A DNA stretch of 64,000 nucleotides from Octopus bimaculoides (taxonomy: Eukaryota). Shown here one piece after another: positions 1 through 12,750 of this stretch. Each line of letters starts with the position of its first letter. Within the stretch, counting starts at the first letter, position 1. The position numbers and the translations under genes were made by a program. Under the pieces are notes generated by a model. It was not told where the DNA came from. It searched no databases and saw only the letters and a list, made by a program, of their open reading frames with translations. The stretch spans positions 120,520,843-120,584,842 of the forward strand of contig NC_068981.1 in assembly GCF_001194135.2 (NCBI RefSeq), in the 5' to 3' direction.

Positions 1-36
1 ATATATAGTGGCGTACGTACTCTTTGGTCTCATATA

Positions 37-74
<38 letters not shown>

Positions 75-156
75 CACACACACACATATAAAATCATGAT
101 ATATATATATACATATGTGTTTTGGAATTGATTTGACACTGATCATTATATTTTAG

Positions 157-191
157 TTTGCAGAAGCTTGTTATTTAGCTATTGTTGATGC
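157..191 (+). CDS. Possible internal micro-exon (FAEACYLAIVD+)
   Basis: ttatattttag acceptor, 35 nt open in phase 0, followed by gtaatc; reading through gives an immediate stop. No homology recognised and no phase link to other exons. Confidence 0.2.
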
Positions 192-920
192 GTAATCCCT
201 ATTCACCTATTACAGAGCAGACTTATGGCACATAGGCAGTTGGACGAACAACAAGGCATGACACATAGATCTGTTGTCCTAGATAAACCATCTCCATATC
301 TAACTAAGAAACTATACAGCACACATTAATGTTCAGTAACTCATTGTATGAGGTGCAATCAGTATTGCAGTGAGACAGAGACTGATGTGTAGTTTAATAA
401 TTGATTGTACAGTTAATGGATTGTAATGGGTTTGAAGTAAGAAACAAAAAAAAAACAACAGAAAAGTAGATGCAAAGGAAGAGAGGAATGAGTGTTTACT
501 GAGAGTAACACTGATGAAAAATGAATTCTTAATGGATTCAAGCTAACAAGGGAGTTTCTGCATGGTCAGCTGACTTGCTAGAAATAGCAGCCATTATTCC
601 TTCAAACCTAACTACAACACCTTAGAAAGGAAGGAAACATTGAATAGCACTAACCTAGATAAATTACTCCAGTAAAAAAAACAAAAAAACAAATAAAAAG
701 GTTGGATGGTCATAATAGGAATACTTTTCAACAAGGTCTACTTGACCTGGGATGATCTGGGGCCCAAACAACAATAATAATGAATTCCTAAACTAAATAT
801 GAAATACAAAAATAACAACACAATCCTCAGTGGTTAAAAACATTTCTACCTTAGAAATTTGGGGTTTTCTCTGTTTTCAGCAAGATGTTTGACTATAATT
901 TCAAGTACATTTTTTTTCAT

Positions 921-1350
921 GCTGGTGTGGCTGTGTGGTAAGAAGCTTGCTTCCCAAACTACAAGGTTTCAGGTTCAGTCCCACTGCATGGTACCTTGAG
1001 CAAGTGTCTTCTACTATAGCCTTGGGCTGACCAAAGCCTTATGAATGAATTTGGTAGACAGAAACTGAAAGAAGCCTGTCACATATCATCATCATTCATC
1101 ATCCTCTTGTATGTATATGTTTATGTGCATATGTGATTTGTGCCTGTTTGTCCTCCACCACTGCTTGACAACCAGTGTTGGTATGTTTACATCCCTATAA
1201 CCTAGCAGTCTGGCAAAAAAGATCGATAGAATTAGTACCAGGCTTACAAAATAAGAAAAAAATGTACAGTGGTCGATTTATTCAACTAAGATTCTTCAAG
1301 GTGGTGCACCATATTGGTTCCAGTCTAATGAATGAAACAAGTAAAAGATA
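921..1350 (+). mobile_element. tRNA-derived SINE, family A (resembles octopus OR/OK-type SINEs)
   Basis: A-box-like tggctgtgtgg, B-box-like ggttcagtccc, body gcaagtgtcttctactatagcc..., tail gaaacaagtaaaag; about 20 related copies in the window. Confidence 0.85.
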
Positions 1351-1419
1351 GAAGATACAATAATCAAAGGATGTAGGACAATGATATTGACCTTCACAGC
1401 CCTCTGACCCCACCCAAAC

Positions 1420-1997
1420 TGGTGAGATTGATGTTAGACAGGAATGAAGCTAGTATGCTCTGCTGGATGTGTAATGTAAGTATACATGTTTGATAGAGTG
1501 CTAGTGTTCTGAGAGAAAAGTTAGGCTTAAGAGGAATTAATTGTTGTGTGCAAGAAAGAAGACTACACTGGTTTGGTCACGTGATGTGGATGGATGACAA
1601 CAGCACCATAAAGAAGTGCTGATCTCTCAAAGTAGATGAAACACGTGAAGTGGGAGACCCAAGAGGACATGGTATGAACTACTGAAGAACGATCTCAAGA
1701 CACTGAACCTTTCAGATGAGATGACAAAGGACTGAGATGCCTGGCACCTTGCTGTACTCAAGAAGACCTGTACTCCATAGCAGAAGTGAAAAGTTCTTGT
1801 AGAGGTGTCACATAAAAACACTCATGCAGTGCCACCTAAAAGTACCCAGCATGCTCTGTAAAGCGGCTGGTGTTAGAAAGGGCATCTAGCCATAGAAACC
1901 AAGCCAAATCAGACTTGAGTCTGGTGCAGCTCCCCAGCTCTGGTCAAACTGTCCAACCCATGCCAGCATAGACAACAGATGTTAAATGATGATGATG
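1420..1997 (+). mobile_element. RTE-clade LINE 3' fragment (ORF C-terminus plus 3'UTR), decayed
   Basis: Translates with stops/frameshifts to RNEASMLCWMCNVS...ERRLHWFGHVM...GRPKRTW; ends ccatgccagcata...ttaaatgatgatgatg. Confidence 0.85.
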
Positions 1998-2194
1998 AAA
2001 AGGATGCCCCAAAATGAGTGTCCAAAGGAAATTCTGAAGGTTTGTATACTTGGAAATTGAGCAAAGTAATCAAGTATTTAATGAGATGTCTGGACAGGAA
2101 ATATAACAGGAGATGAGTGAAAGGGTTAGCATGGGTTAGAGATAGGATGTAGGTAGTTAGTTCAGAGGGGCAAATACCATCATTAACAGTAGTA

Positions 2195-2825
2195 AAGGTG
2201 GTGAGCTGGCAGAATTGTTAGCATGCTGGACAAATCAGACAGCAGCATTTTGTCCATCTTTACATTCTGAGGTCAACTTTACCTTTCATCCTGGCAGGGG
2301 TCAATAAAATTGAGTACTGGGGTTGATGTAATTGACCAGTCCCCTCCCTAAAAACTTCAGGCCTTGTGCCTTCAATAGAAAGGATTGTCGTTATTATCAT
2401 TATCATCATCATCATCATTATTATTATTGGTTTCAAATTTTGACAAAGGGCCAGCAAGTTCGGGGGAGGGGTTAAGTTGATTACTTCGACCCCAGTGTTC
2501 GACTGGTACTTATGCTATCGACCCTGAAAGGACGAAAGGTAAAGATGGATGAAGTACTGCTAAGTATTTCACCTGATGTAGTAATGATTCTGCCAGCTTG
2601 CCTATCATTAAGGGGGCGAGTTGGCAGAATCATTAGCACACTGGACAAAATACTTAGTGACATTTTGTCTGTCTTTACGTTCTGAGTTCAAATTTTGCCG
2701 AGGTCGACTTTACCTTTAATCTTTTTAGGGGTCAATAAAATAAGTATGTTGAGTGTTGGGATCGATGTAATTGACTTACCCACTCCTCTGAAATTGCTGG
2801 CCTTGTGTCAAAATTTGAAGCTATT
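2195..2825. mobile_element. Cluster of three family-B SINEs (+,-,+)
   Basis: Head ggtgagctggcagaattgttagca; core ctgagttcaaat...gtcgactttgcctttcatcct...aagtaccag; (ATT/ATC)n tails. Confidence 0.75.
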
Positions 2826-3029
2826 ATTAACAGTGATAGGAGTAAATGATTACCATATTTGATGGCATATAACATGCCCTTTTTTTTTTCAGCAAAAAAA
2901 AGTGTCTCAAAACATCATCCTGGGTCCTATACATGAAGTTTGGTCTCCCATAAACTTTACTGCACTAAAAATATTTTCCTTGAATATACACTGCTGAAAG
3001 TGGGATGCATCAAATATGCATGTGCAACT

Positions 3030-3430
3030 TTTATGCTTATTTGATATCAATGAAGAGTTGTAGTGGCAGAGTAGATTAGGCTTTGGATATTTGATTGTAA
3101 GGTTGTAAGTTTGTAACCTGATGATTACTTAGGCCTGGGTCAACCCTGATAGAATGAAGGATGTGTGGCTTAGTGGTTAGGATGTTGAGCTCATGCTTGT
3201 AATGTTGTGGGTTTGACAACTGGACTGAGTAGAGCATTGTGCCCTTGAGCAAGGCATTTCATTTCATATTGCTTAAGTTCAATTAGCTGAAAATGAGTAT
3301 CACAACAATAACACCTGGAGGATGATATCCTTACAAGAGGCTCTCATCTCAATCAGAAGGGTGGGTACTCTTGGTTATTTAATGTCTTAAATACTGAGGT
3401 AAGCTCCAGTCCGCTGAGCCTAAAGGCTCT
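3030..3430 (+). mobile_element. Degenerate family-C tRNA-headed SINE(s)
   Basis: tggcttagtggttaggatgttg...gtttgac...cccttgagcaaggcatttcatttc, similar to 8831-9150. Confidence 0.55.
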
Positions 3431-4672
3431 ACAAATCTGATTAAACATTTCACCTATATTCGCTTCATCCTACTCTTGGACACTACATATCATGGATTAC
3501 ATTGTTCAATATGTCCATTGTTCAAAACAGTAGGATGTAATTTCAGAAAGATTTGATTGCTATTTCTAGCAGTTTGAGTGACTATGTAGATACTATTAAC
3601 CTATGGTACTGTGTTGTGCTGTATTGTGTATTAGGCTACATTCTGAAATCTTCCTTTAGTGAATTACAAGGAAGCAAAGTAAATATGAAAACAGAGAGAG
3701 TATGACTAGAGATCAAAATGCTGAATGAACAGGGATCTAGTTCACAGTATTGATATGTAGACTGGTGTGTCTGTCTTTATGTGTGTATGGGACATAGAGA
3801 CATGATTGAATATTGTGTAGTGGAGTTGTGGTTTGAGGGAGTGATTGAGATATGGAGGAGAAAGATGTGACTGAGCTTCTGTGTGTGTGTGTGTGTGTGT
3901 GTGCATTAGGCATAGGGATAATGTAAGATGTATGAGAGTAAAACAAACAAAAATAGAGAGAGAAGAAGCAAGAGAGAAAGACAGAGAGGGAGGAGGGGTG
4001 AGAAAGAGAGAAGGAAGAGTGAGAGTAAGGAGAAATAGGGAGGGTGAGAGAGAGGGAGGGAGGTGAGAGAGAGAGAATGAATGCAAGGCAGTTTAATTAA
4101 ACTAACTTAACCCCACCGACAACATTCAAATTGGCATAATAATTACAGAGTAGCAGAACCAACAGAAGGCTAGGAAAATATGCTTCAGTCGTTAGCATTG
4201 TCTGTGTAATGAATTAAAATTCTGTTGGGTGTTGACTCTCTCTTGGGTTCATAAAATTAGTATAAAGGCATGTACTGAGCTTCGTTGAATTGGATTTGCT
4301 TCCACTTGATACATTCTTCTAGCCTTTTCCCCAAGTTAAAAATCATAATTAAGCAAAGAGTTAAGAACCAATCTTCAAAATGGGACACATCTCCTGAGGA
4401 AGGGAAGACTATTTCTTGTAACTATTATATCAACTTCATCTAATAGCTTGGACACCACATTATAAAAACAGTGTATTTGGTGTTGGCATTGCATTAACTG
4501 TAGGGTGTCTAATTAGATCTTGTATAAATATATATATATACAGATATATGTGCATGAGTGTGTATGTTTGTATATTTGCACGCACATGCAAGTGCGTGTC
4601 AATTTGTATGTATGTATGCATTTATGATACATCATTTGTTTTCCCCTGCCAGCATGGGCTAAATGACTATAT

Positions 4673-4709
<37 letters not shown>

Positions 4710-4825
4710 TCGCCATTTTTCAAGCTGATAGCAAGACAGTTTATCAGTTACTTTTTAAAGCGGATGACATTTAAACAAGGGACACTGATAGGGAAGAAGA
4801 CAAAAAAGAAAAGGGCAAGGGATAT

Positions 4826-6246
4826 ATCATCATCATCATTTAACATCCGTTTTCCATGTTGGCATGGGTTGGACGGTTTGACTAAAACCTGGTAAGCTGG
4901 GGAGCTGCATCAGGTTCTAATCTGATTAGGCAAGGTTTCAACAGCTGGGTGCCCTTCCTAACACCAACCATTCTGAGAGTGTAGTGGGTGTTTTTTATGT
5001 GCCACTGTCACAGGTGCCATTGACCTGACACTGACAATGGCTACGACTATAGTCTTACTTGCCTTGACAGGTCTACACAGCATGGTATATCGCCAAAGGT
5101 CTCACCCACCTGTCCCTGTCTCCATGAGGCCCAACACTCGAATGGTGCTTTTTATGTGCCACTGTCACGGGTGCCAGTCAGACAGCACTGGCATTGGCCA
5201 TGATTATGATTTCATTTCGCTTGACAGGTCTTCACAAGCACAGCATAGTGCCCAACATCTGAAGGGTGCTTTTAACAAGCTAGTTACGCGACACTGGCAT
5301 CAGCCATGATTACGATCTCACTTGGCTTGACAGGTCTTCGCAAGCACGGCATATTGTGAAAGGCCTTGGTCACTTGTCATTGCCTCTGTGAGGCCCAACA
5401 TTTGGAGATTGTGCTTCACCACCTCGTCCCATGTCTTCATGGGTCTACCTCTTCCACAGGTTCCCCCCACCATAAGAGTGCGACACTTCTTCCCACTGCT
5501 GTCCTTGTCGATATGACCATACCAGTGTGGTTATCTCCCTTGCACATCATATCTGATGCCTCTTATGCCCACCTTTTCTCTCATAATGCTTACACTCTGT
5601 TGTGCATGCGCACTGACATTACACATCCAGCAAAGTATACTAGCTTCATCTCTTACAAGCCAATGCATGTCCTCGGCTTTCACAGCCCATGTTTCATCAT
5701 ACAGTCTGCCTTTCACTTTGAGCGAGAGGCTCTTTGTTACCAGTAGAGGTGGGAGCTCTCTGAACTTTGCCTAGCCTATTCATAATCTAGCAACTACGAT
5801 CTTGGAGCATCCACCTTTGCTACTGACCTGGGCACCTAGGTAATGGAAGCTATTGACTACGTCTAGTTGGCATGTGATGGAATCTAATTGTACCTGTGCA
5901 CCTTCCACACACAATAACTATTTTCCCTGTTAACCTTCCTCTGATATTATTGCACTAATTGTGTCCATAGCTTGCACTGAGTACATCTTATAAAGTTTCT
6001 ACCTGTGCCTTTTCTACAGATTGAGCAGGGCCATCTACCTGAAAGGATTTGTGATTTGCCTGCTTTCCTACTTACTAAGACTTTGGTTTTTGCTAGGTTA
6101 ACTCTAAGGCCCTTTGATTCTAGACCTTGCTTACACACCTGAAACTTCTCTAGTTCTAGTAGTGATTCAGCTATAAGAGCAAGGTCATCAGCATAGAGGA
6201 GCTCCCAGGGGCAGCCTACTTTGAACTGCTCTGTTATTGCCTGGAG
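4826..6246 (-). mobile_element. RTE-clade LINE, 5'-truncated older copy
   Basis: Minus strand LQAITEQFKVGCPWELLYADDL (YADD 6185-6196), Cys-rich WPCSICRKG..RCTQC segment, MKGRLYDETWAVKAED, then 3'UTR and (GAT)n tail ending near 4826. Confidence 0.9.
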
Positions 6247-7592
6247 TCACTATCAGAACTAGAGGAGAAGTTTCAGGTGTGGAAGCAGGGTCTAGAATTG
6301 AAGGGCCTTAGAGTCAACCTAGCTAAAACCAAAATCCTAATAAGTAGGAAGGTAGATAAAACACAAATCCCTTCAGGTAGATGGCCCTGCTCAGTATGTA
6401 GAAAAGGAGTAGGTAGTAACTCTATAAGATGTACCCGGTGCAAGCTATGGACACATCAGAGGTGCAGCAACATCAAAGGCAGGTTAACTAGGAAGTTAGT
6501 TTTTGTATGTGGCAGATGTTCAGGTGCAATAAACACAGTAAACAAACAGGAAACAACTTCGATCTCATTCCNNNNNNNNNNNNNNNNNNNNNNNNNNNNN
6601 NNNNNNNNNNNNNNNNNNNNNNNNNNNNNNNNNNNNNNNNNNNNNNNNNNNNNNNNNNNNNNNNNNNNNNNNNNNNNNNNNNNNNNNNNNNNNNNNNNNN
6701 NNNNNNNNNNNNNNNNNNNNNNNNNNNNNNNNNNNNNNNNNNNNNNNNNNNNNNNNNNNNNNNNNNNNNNNNNNNNNNNNNNNNNNNNNNNNNNNNNNNN
6801 NNNNNNNNNNNNNNNNNNNNNNNNNNNNNNNNNNNNNNNNNNNNNNNNNNNNNNNNNNNNNNNNNNNNNNNNNNNNNNNNNNNNNNNNNNNNNNNNNNNN
6901 NNNNNNNNNNNNNNNNNNNNNNNNNNNNNNNNNNNNNNNNNNNNNNNNNNNNNNNNNNNNNNNNNNNNNNNNNNNNNNNNNNNNNNNNNNNNNNNNNNNN
7001 NNNNNNNNNNNNNNNNNNNNNNNNNNNNNNNNNNNNNNNNNNNNNNNNNNNNNNNNNNNNNNNNNNNNNNNNNNNNNNNNNNNNNNNNNNNNNNNNNNNN
7101 NNNNNNNNNNNNNNNNNNNNNNNNNNNNNNNNNNNNNNNNNNNNNNNNNNNNNNNNNNNNNNNNNNNNNNNNNNNNNNNNNNNNNNNNNNNNNNNNNNNN
7201 NNNNNNNNNNNNNNNNNNNNNNNNNNNNNNNNNNNNNNNNNNNNNNNNNNNNNNNNNNNNNNNNNNNNNNNNNNNNNNNNNNNNNNNNNNNNNNNNNNNN
7301 NNNNNNNNNNNNNNNNNNNNNNNNNNNNNNNNNNNNNNNNNNNNNNNNNNNNNNNNNNNNNNNNNNNNNNNNNNNNNNNNNNNNNNNNNNNNNNNNNNNN
7401 NNNNNNNNNNNNNGACACGTAAAAGCATCTACTACACTCTCTGAGTGGTTGGCATTAGGAAGGGCATCCTGCTGTAGAAACTCTGCCAAATTTAGATTGG
7501 AGCCTGGTGTTGCCATCCGGTTTCACCAGTCCTCAGTCAAATCGTCCAACTCATGCTAGCATGGAAAGCGGACGTTAAACGATGATGATGAT
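6244..7592 (+). mobile_element. RTE-clade LINE, 5'-truncated younger copy spanning gap 6572-7413
   Basis: Open frame ESLSELEEKFQVWKQGLELKGLRVNLAKTK...WPCSVCRKG...RCTRCKLWTHQRC...VCGRC (PHD-like Cys/His); 3' tail with (GAT)n after the gap. Continuity across the Ns is assumed; the gap length is compatible. Confidence 0.8.
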
Positions 7593-8454
7593 TTTGACAT
7601 CCGTATTTCCATGTTAGCACGGGTCAGACAAAATTCATTGAGACATACAGGTTTTCTTTGGCTAGATGCTGCTCAGCTTGTCCTGCAACCCATGCCAGCA
7701 CGGAAGGCAGATATGAAATGAAGAGATGATGATGATTATGACTAGAATTATAGACTGAAAGAATTGTTAGAATATCAAATGAAATGACTAGATATTTCTT
7801 TCAGCTCTCTATGTTCTGAGTTCAAATGCTGCTAAAGTCAAGTTTGCCTTTCATACTGTTGGGGGCTGATGGTATTGACTAAATCCTTTCCTTCAAAATT
7901 GCTGGCTCTGTGCTAAAGTTAGAAACACTATTGTTATTGCTATTAATTGGGTGGTGGATTGGCAGAATTGTTAAATCATTGAACAAAAATGACTTGTATT
8001 TGTTCTGGCTATTTACACGCTGAGTTCAATTCCAGCTGAAGTCAACTTTGCCTTTTCATCCTTCTGGGTTTTTTATAATTAACTGATCCTTGCCACCAAA
8101 TGTCTAAGTAAGAAGCTGTTGCTGTCATTGTCATCATAATCATCATCAGTAATAGTTAAAACAGCTGCAGTTATGATTTTTTTCTGTAACCCATGTTATT
8201 AAACTAAATACTGCTGTAAAATTTTTCCAATTAGACCTAATTTTCCATTTCAGATTTTCTCCAAATGAGAAAATGAAATTTAGACAATACACATATTCTA
8301 AACATATTTAATATGGAAGAAATCTCAGAATTGATTAAACTGAAAGAAATGAAGAAGGAAAGAAAGAATGAAGGGAATATAAGAGAGTGAATATAAATCA
8401 TTGAATACACAGTTTTCAATTAATCCATGAATAGATGCAAATGTTTCTACTTAG

Positions 8455-8504
8455 GAATTCTTGATCCACATGAAAAATGGATTATCCGAGTTGGATTAAA
8501 GCAA
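8455..8504 (+). CDS. Host-gene micro-exon (phase 1 to 0): (G)ILDPHEKWIIRVGLKQ
   Basis: tttctacttag acceptor, gtagga donor, only one open phase, phase-compatible with the next exon across an 83-nt AT-rich intron. Confidence 0.6.
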
Positions 8505-8587
8505 GTAGGATTTATGTTTTGCGTTTTAATACTGGAGACAAATCCATTTTTAGAATTCATTCCTTATTAAAATCAGTTTACTTTTAG

Positions 8588-8618
8588 CTGATGGAGAAGA
8601 GAGAAATAACTCAAAGAG
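8588..8618 (+). CDS. Host-gene micro-exon (phase 0 to 1): LMEKREITQR
   Basis: tttacttttag acceptor and consensus AG|gtgagt donor; joins in frame to 8455-8504. Confidence 0.6.
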
Positions 8619-8830
8619 GTGAGTGGCATTGGTATTAATTTAGAGTATCACTCTTGGAAGAGTGAATTGAGAGGGTGACAGCATACTAGTTGATGGTTCA
8701 TGTACAACTGACACAGCAATATTCTGTCACTGTAAACTCATTTTTGTAACATTAATTATAAAGAAATACAATGAAGAATTACTTAGTCCAAAATGGAAGG
8801 ACATCAACCATGACTTTACATAGCACCAAG

Positions 8831-9150
8831 TGAAGGCCCATGGCTTAGTGGTTAGGGTATTTGACTCACGATTGCAAGGTCATGAGTTTGATTCCTGGCA
8901 GTGTATTGTGTTCTTGAGCAAGATACTTTATTTAACATTACTCCAGTCCACTCAACTGGCAAAAGTTAATTGTAACTGTATTTCAAAGGGCTTGCCATGT
9001 CACATTGTGTCATGCTGAATCTCCCTAAAAATTATGTTAAGGGAATACATGTCTGTGGAGTGACCAGCCACTTGCATGTTAATTTCATGAGCAAGCTATT
9101 CCGTTCATCGGATGAACCAGAACTCTCCTTGTTGTAACCGAAGGAATGCC
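8831..9150 (+). mobile_element. Family-C tRNA-headed SINE
   Basis: tggcttagtggttagggtatttgactc...gagtttgattcc (A/B boxes) then gtgttcttgagcaagatacttt...ctccagtccactcaactggc. Confidence 0.75.
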
Positions 9151-9989
9151 AGGTTAACATACCGCCAAGAGTAATGGGAGGAAGACATCCTTACACCAGA
9201 GGCCTGGACTAAAAATTGCAACAGAGTGGATTCTATTGAAGGAAGCCATGGAACAAGTGGTTGTATCAAAATGAGTGATGGAGTATATCTACTACCCATG
9301 ACAGGATATGAACTCAGACAGCAAAGATCAGGTACAAATATTCTGTCCACTATTATTATTATGTCCACTACCTTTCTCTTACTTATTTCAGCTATTAGAC
9401 TGCAGCCACGCTGGGGTACCACCCTGAAGAATTTTTAGTCAAATGAATTCACTCCAATGCTTTGTTTTTTGGTTTTAAGTTTGAAAAATTAAGTTGAACT
9501 TGGTGGGATTTGAACTTAAAATACATGAAAAGAGATAAACACACTGAATAATGTAGTCCTAGGTACACTAAGTGCAAGAGAAAAATTAGGCTGGTATGGC
9601 TGAAATGCCACTGATCATAGATTTCCTTGATTACAGTTGGCTTGGAGTTAAACAACAATATTGCAGTAGAGAAAGGATAAATTATAAAGATGATTATGAT
9701 GATGATGACTATGATGATCAGGATGTTGTTTAATATGTACATAGGTTAATACTGTTATAGTATTTATATATGTACATAGGTTAATACCTTTACATAACCC
9801 TTTAGCACTGATGCTAACCAAACATTTCTTTTCTGCACCACCAAGCTAACCAACAACCCTTGGTGACATGTTTGATAATAAATATCATGGGTTTCCCCTC
9901 GATGGGATTTGAACTCAGAATGAAAAGCGACATAACTAAATACCATAAGGCATTTATTGTGAAGCTTGAATGATTCAACCACCACACAT

Positions 9990-10389
9990 TTACTCTTTTA
10001 CTTGTTTCAGTCATTTGATTGCGGCCATGCTGGAGCACTGCCTTTAGTCGAGCAAATCGACCCCAGGACTTATTCTTTGTAAGCCTAGTACTTATTCTAT
10101 CGGTCTCTTTTTGCCGAACTGGGGACGTAAACACACCAACATCGGTTGTCAAGTGATGGTGGTGGTGGTGGTGGGGGGGACAAACACAGACACACAAACA
10201 CACATACATATATATACATATATTCGACAGGCTTCTTTCAGTTTCCGTCTACCAAATCCACTCACAAGGCTTTGGTCGGCCCGAGGCTATAGTAGAAGAC
10301 ACTTGCCCAAGGTGCCACGCAGTGGGACTGAACCCGGAACCATGTGGTTGGTAAGCAAGCTACTTACCACATAGCCACTCCTGTGCCTA
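9990..10389 (-). mobile_element. Family-A SINE, full length, young
   Basis: Complete head, internal (TA/TG) tract and tail, with many CpGs retained. Confidence 0.9.
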
Positions 10390-10439
10390 TTGACTCCTGT
10401 GCCTATTGACTCCTGTGCCTATTGACTCCTGTGCCTATT
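10377..10439. repeat. 4 x 16-bp tandem repeat actcctgtgcctattg
   Basis: Directly visible; the unit is the SINE 5' terminus plus flank. Confidence 0.95.
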
Positions 10440-10440
10440 T

Positions 10441-10729
10441 AAAGTAATAACGATGGATTCTCCAGTCAAAGACAATGTATGAATGTTCAGCTTTTGCCAA
10501 ACGACCTGTACAAATGATTTGTTTAGAGATCAAATGTATGTGCTGTACATTAGCTCACTCCCTCCATCAAACTGACATTGCCTGTACAGATGCATGGTGT
10601 GCTACATGTTGGGTGGTGTCAAAGCAATGTGAAATGATGTGTTTTGCTCAAAAACACAATGCACCACCAGGTCTTGGAATTGAAATCACGATCTCACAAT
10701 CGTGAGTGCAACATCCTAACCACTAGGCC
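10441..10729 (-). mobile_element. Family-C SINE
   Basis: Ends ...ttgctcaaaaacacaatgc...tcacaatcgtgagtgcaacatcctaaccactaggcca, the reverse complement of the family-C head. Confidence 0.75.
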
Positions 10730-10754
10730 ATGTGTAATAGTAAATAATAATAAT

Positions 10755-10965
10755 AGTGGTTTCAAATTTTGGCACAACTCCAGCAATTTTAGGGAAAGTG
10801 GGTAAGTCTAAATCACTGATGCCAGTGCTAGACTGATACTTATGTCATTGACCCTGAAAGGATGAAAGGCAAAGTCAACCTTGGCAGCCTTTGAACTCAG
10901 AATATAAAGCTAGACAAAATGTTGCTAAGCATTTTGTCTGGTGTGCTAATGATTCTACCAGCTCT
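10755..10965 (-). mobile_element. Family-B SINE
   Basis: ggtttcaaattttggcacaa...ggatgaaaggcaaagtcaacc...tttgaactcag...attctaccagctc. Confidence 0.75.
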
Positions 10966-11795
10966 CCTCCCACTACTACTACTACAATAATAATGATGAA
11001 GGTCACTCTCATTGATCTTGATGCATGTTTGAAGGAAAGGATGAAAAAAAAAAAGATTAAAAAAGAAGCTACAGCTATTTGTGATGGATGTATGAATATA
11101 ATTTGGGTCCAGATATGGATTTTGCCATAATAATATTAATAACAAATGGCTTGCAGTTTCTACTTCATTTTTCTTCTGTAATGCTGTTGCTGAGCTCCAA
11201 TATCGGTAGCTTAGATTGTGAAGGCCTTTGGTCAAAAGCATTCAAGCTGTGACCATATCTTATTATCAGACATGTTTTATTTAGTATATTTGTAGGAATT
11301 GATTTGAAGTAGATTTAGCTGCCATATCTAGTAATTGAAGTCAGTTTCAGTATTCTTTAGTGTTCTTCCAGGAGTTAAAAATACTACTCATGAAAATTTT
11401 GCTAGTGAAGCAAACCTATGAATATTGAACTGTAAAGTTTAATGTGTAATGAATTTTGTTACAAAAATCTGCTTGTGATGGCTCCATTTCAAACAACCAT
11501 TTAGACAAAAATTTATGTTAGATTTGCAACTATTTATCGATCTTTTAACAAAACTACGTGATAAGAGCTGTTTCTGTTTCAACAATTTCTTATCCTTTCT
11601 TCTCAGCTTTTTTCTATTTTAATTTTTTTTTTACTGATTTGTACTTACAGAAACTATTGAAGCAATCTGATTTTTTAAGAAATGGAATTTGTTGTTGTTT
11701 AGCCTCCAGATTAGCCTTGACCAAACTTATAATGAAAAGCATTCCAGCCATGACCATCTCATCATTTTGTAGATCTAGGACTATATTGTTTAATG

Positions 11796-12008
11796 CAGTG
11801 GTTCTCAGTCATTTTTTGTCTATGGACCTCTTTGATCCCTATTTTACTCAAGTGGACCAATACAGCCATTGGATGTTTAAAAAAAATTCTATTGATATTT
11901 GGTGTATTGAAGAAGTATAAGCAATTTATTGCACATTAATTTAAAAAAAAAAAAAAGACATCTTATATTCATCCCTAGGGTCATATGAACTCAGGCTGAG
12001 AATTTCTG
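11796..12008. mobile_element. hAT (Charlie/Buster-like) MITE
   Basis: Ends cagtggttctcag / ctgagaatttctg; perfect 8-bp TSD GTTTAATG. Confidence 0.85.
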
Positions 12009-12750
12009 GTTTAATGTTACCTTTTTTTTTCAAACTTACTGGGTCAGGAGGAAGAAGTGGTGACCATGGTCTTCACATGTTCTCTTAGACCAGTGAGTTT
12101 GATACCATTAATATTCCACTTGAATTTTTGTAAGTAAATACTTGCAGCAAACATACAAACAGGGAAGGAATTCCAAAGGGCCTATCCATGTTCTAGGAAG
12201 GAAAGACTGGGTACAGTGACCAGAATGCAGCCTGGAAAATTGAACACAATGAGGAAGACTAGAGCGAAGGAGACAACTAGCTTGGGAGTGTTTGAATGGA
12301 GGTGGTACAAGCCTAGCCAGCTCTAAGAAGAGGCCATTATGGTAGTATGGTAGTAGTAAAAAAGGTAGAGTCAGGATACAGCACACTTGTGAGCCAAGGG
12401 CTGGGACATGTCTGTTAGTGGCTTAGTGCCAAACAATCAGGTGGCACATTTCTGCATGTGACCAAGAATATCAGAGTGTGCAGTAGCAGCACCATCCCAC
12501 ATCTGAGATCACTACTTCATTGTGGACATCATATGAAACTTTTTTTTACGACAACTGGATTTGAGAGAGAGAGAGAGAGAGAGATTTGGTTGCTTTTTCT
12601 AGCAAGTTGTGTAACTTTATACTGATACATTTGTTTAAAATGGTGCCTGATTGTTAGACGGATGTACTCTGACAAGCAGTATTAATGCTAATTTATCCAC
12701 AAACACAACCAAAAATTGACATTGTCAAACCATTAAGAGAGGATCTATAT

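Noticed and set aside
3340-3398. Apparent exon with an AG|gtaagc donor (GSHLNQKGGYSWLFNVLNTE)
   Set aside because: Lies inside a decayed family-C SINE core.
8270-8390. Protein-like MEEISELIKLKEMKKERKNEGNIRE upstream of the micro-exons
   Set aside because: A-rich; the only donor gives a phase that creates a stop in the next exon.
9200-9331. Phase-compatible candidate next exon (AWTKNCNRVDSIEG...QQRS)
   Set aside because: Weak donor (gtacaa), adjacent to a SINE, and another frame resembles a decayed retroposon C-terminus; cannot be supported.
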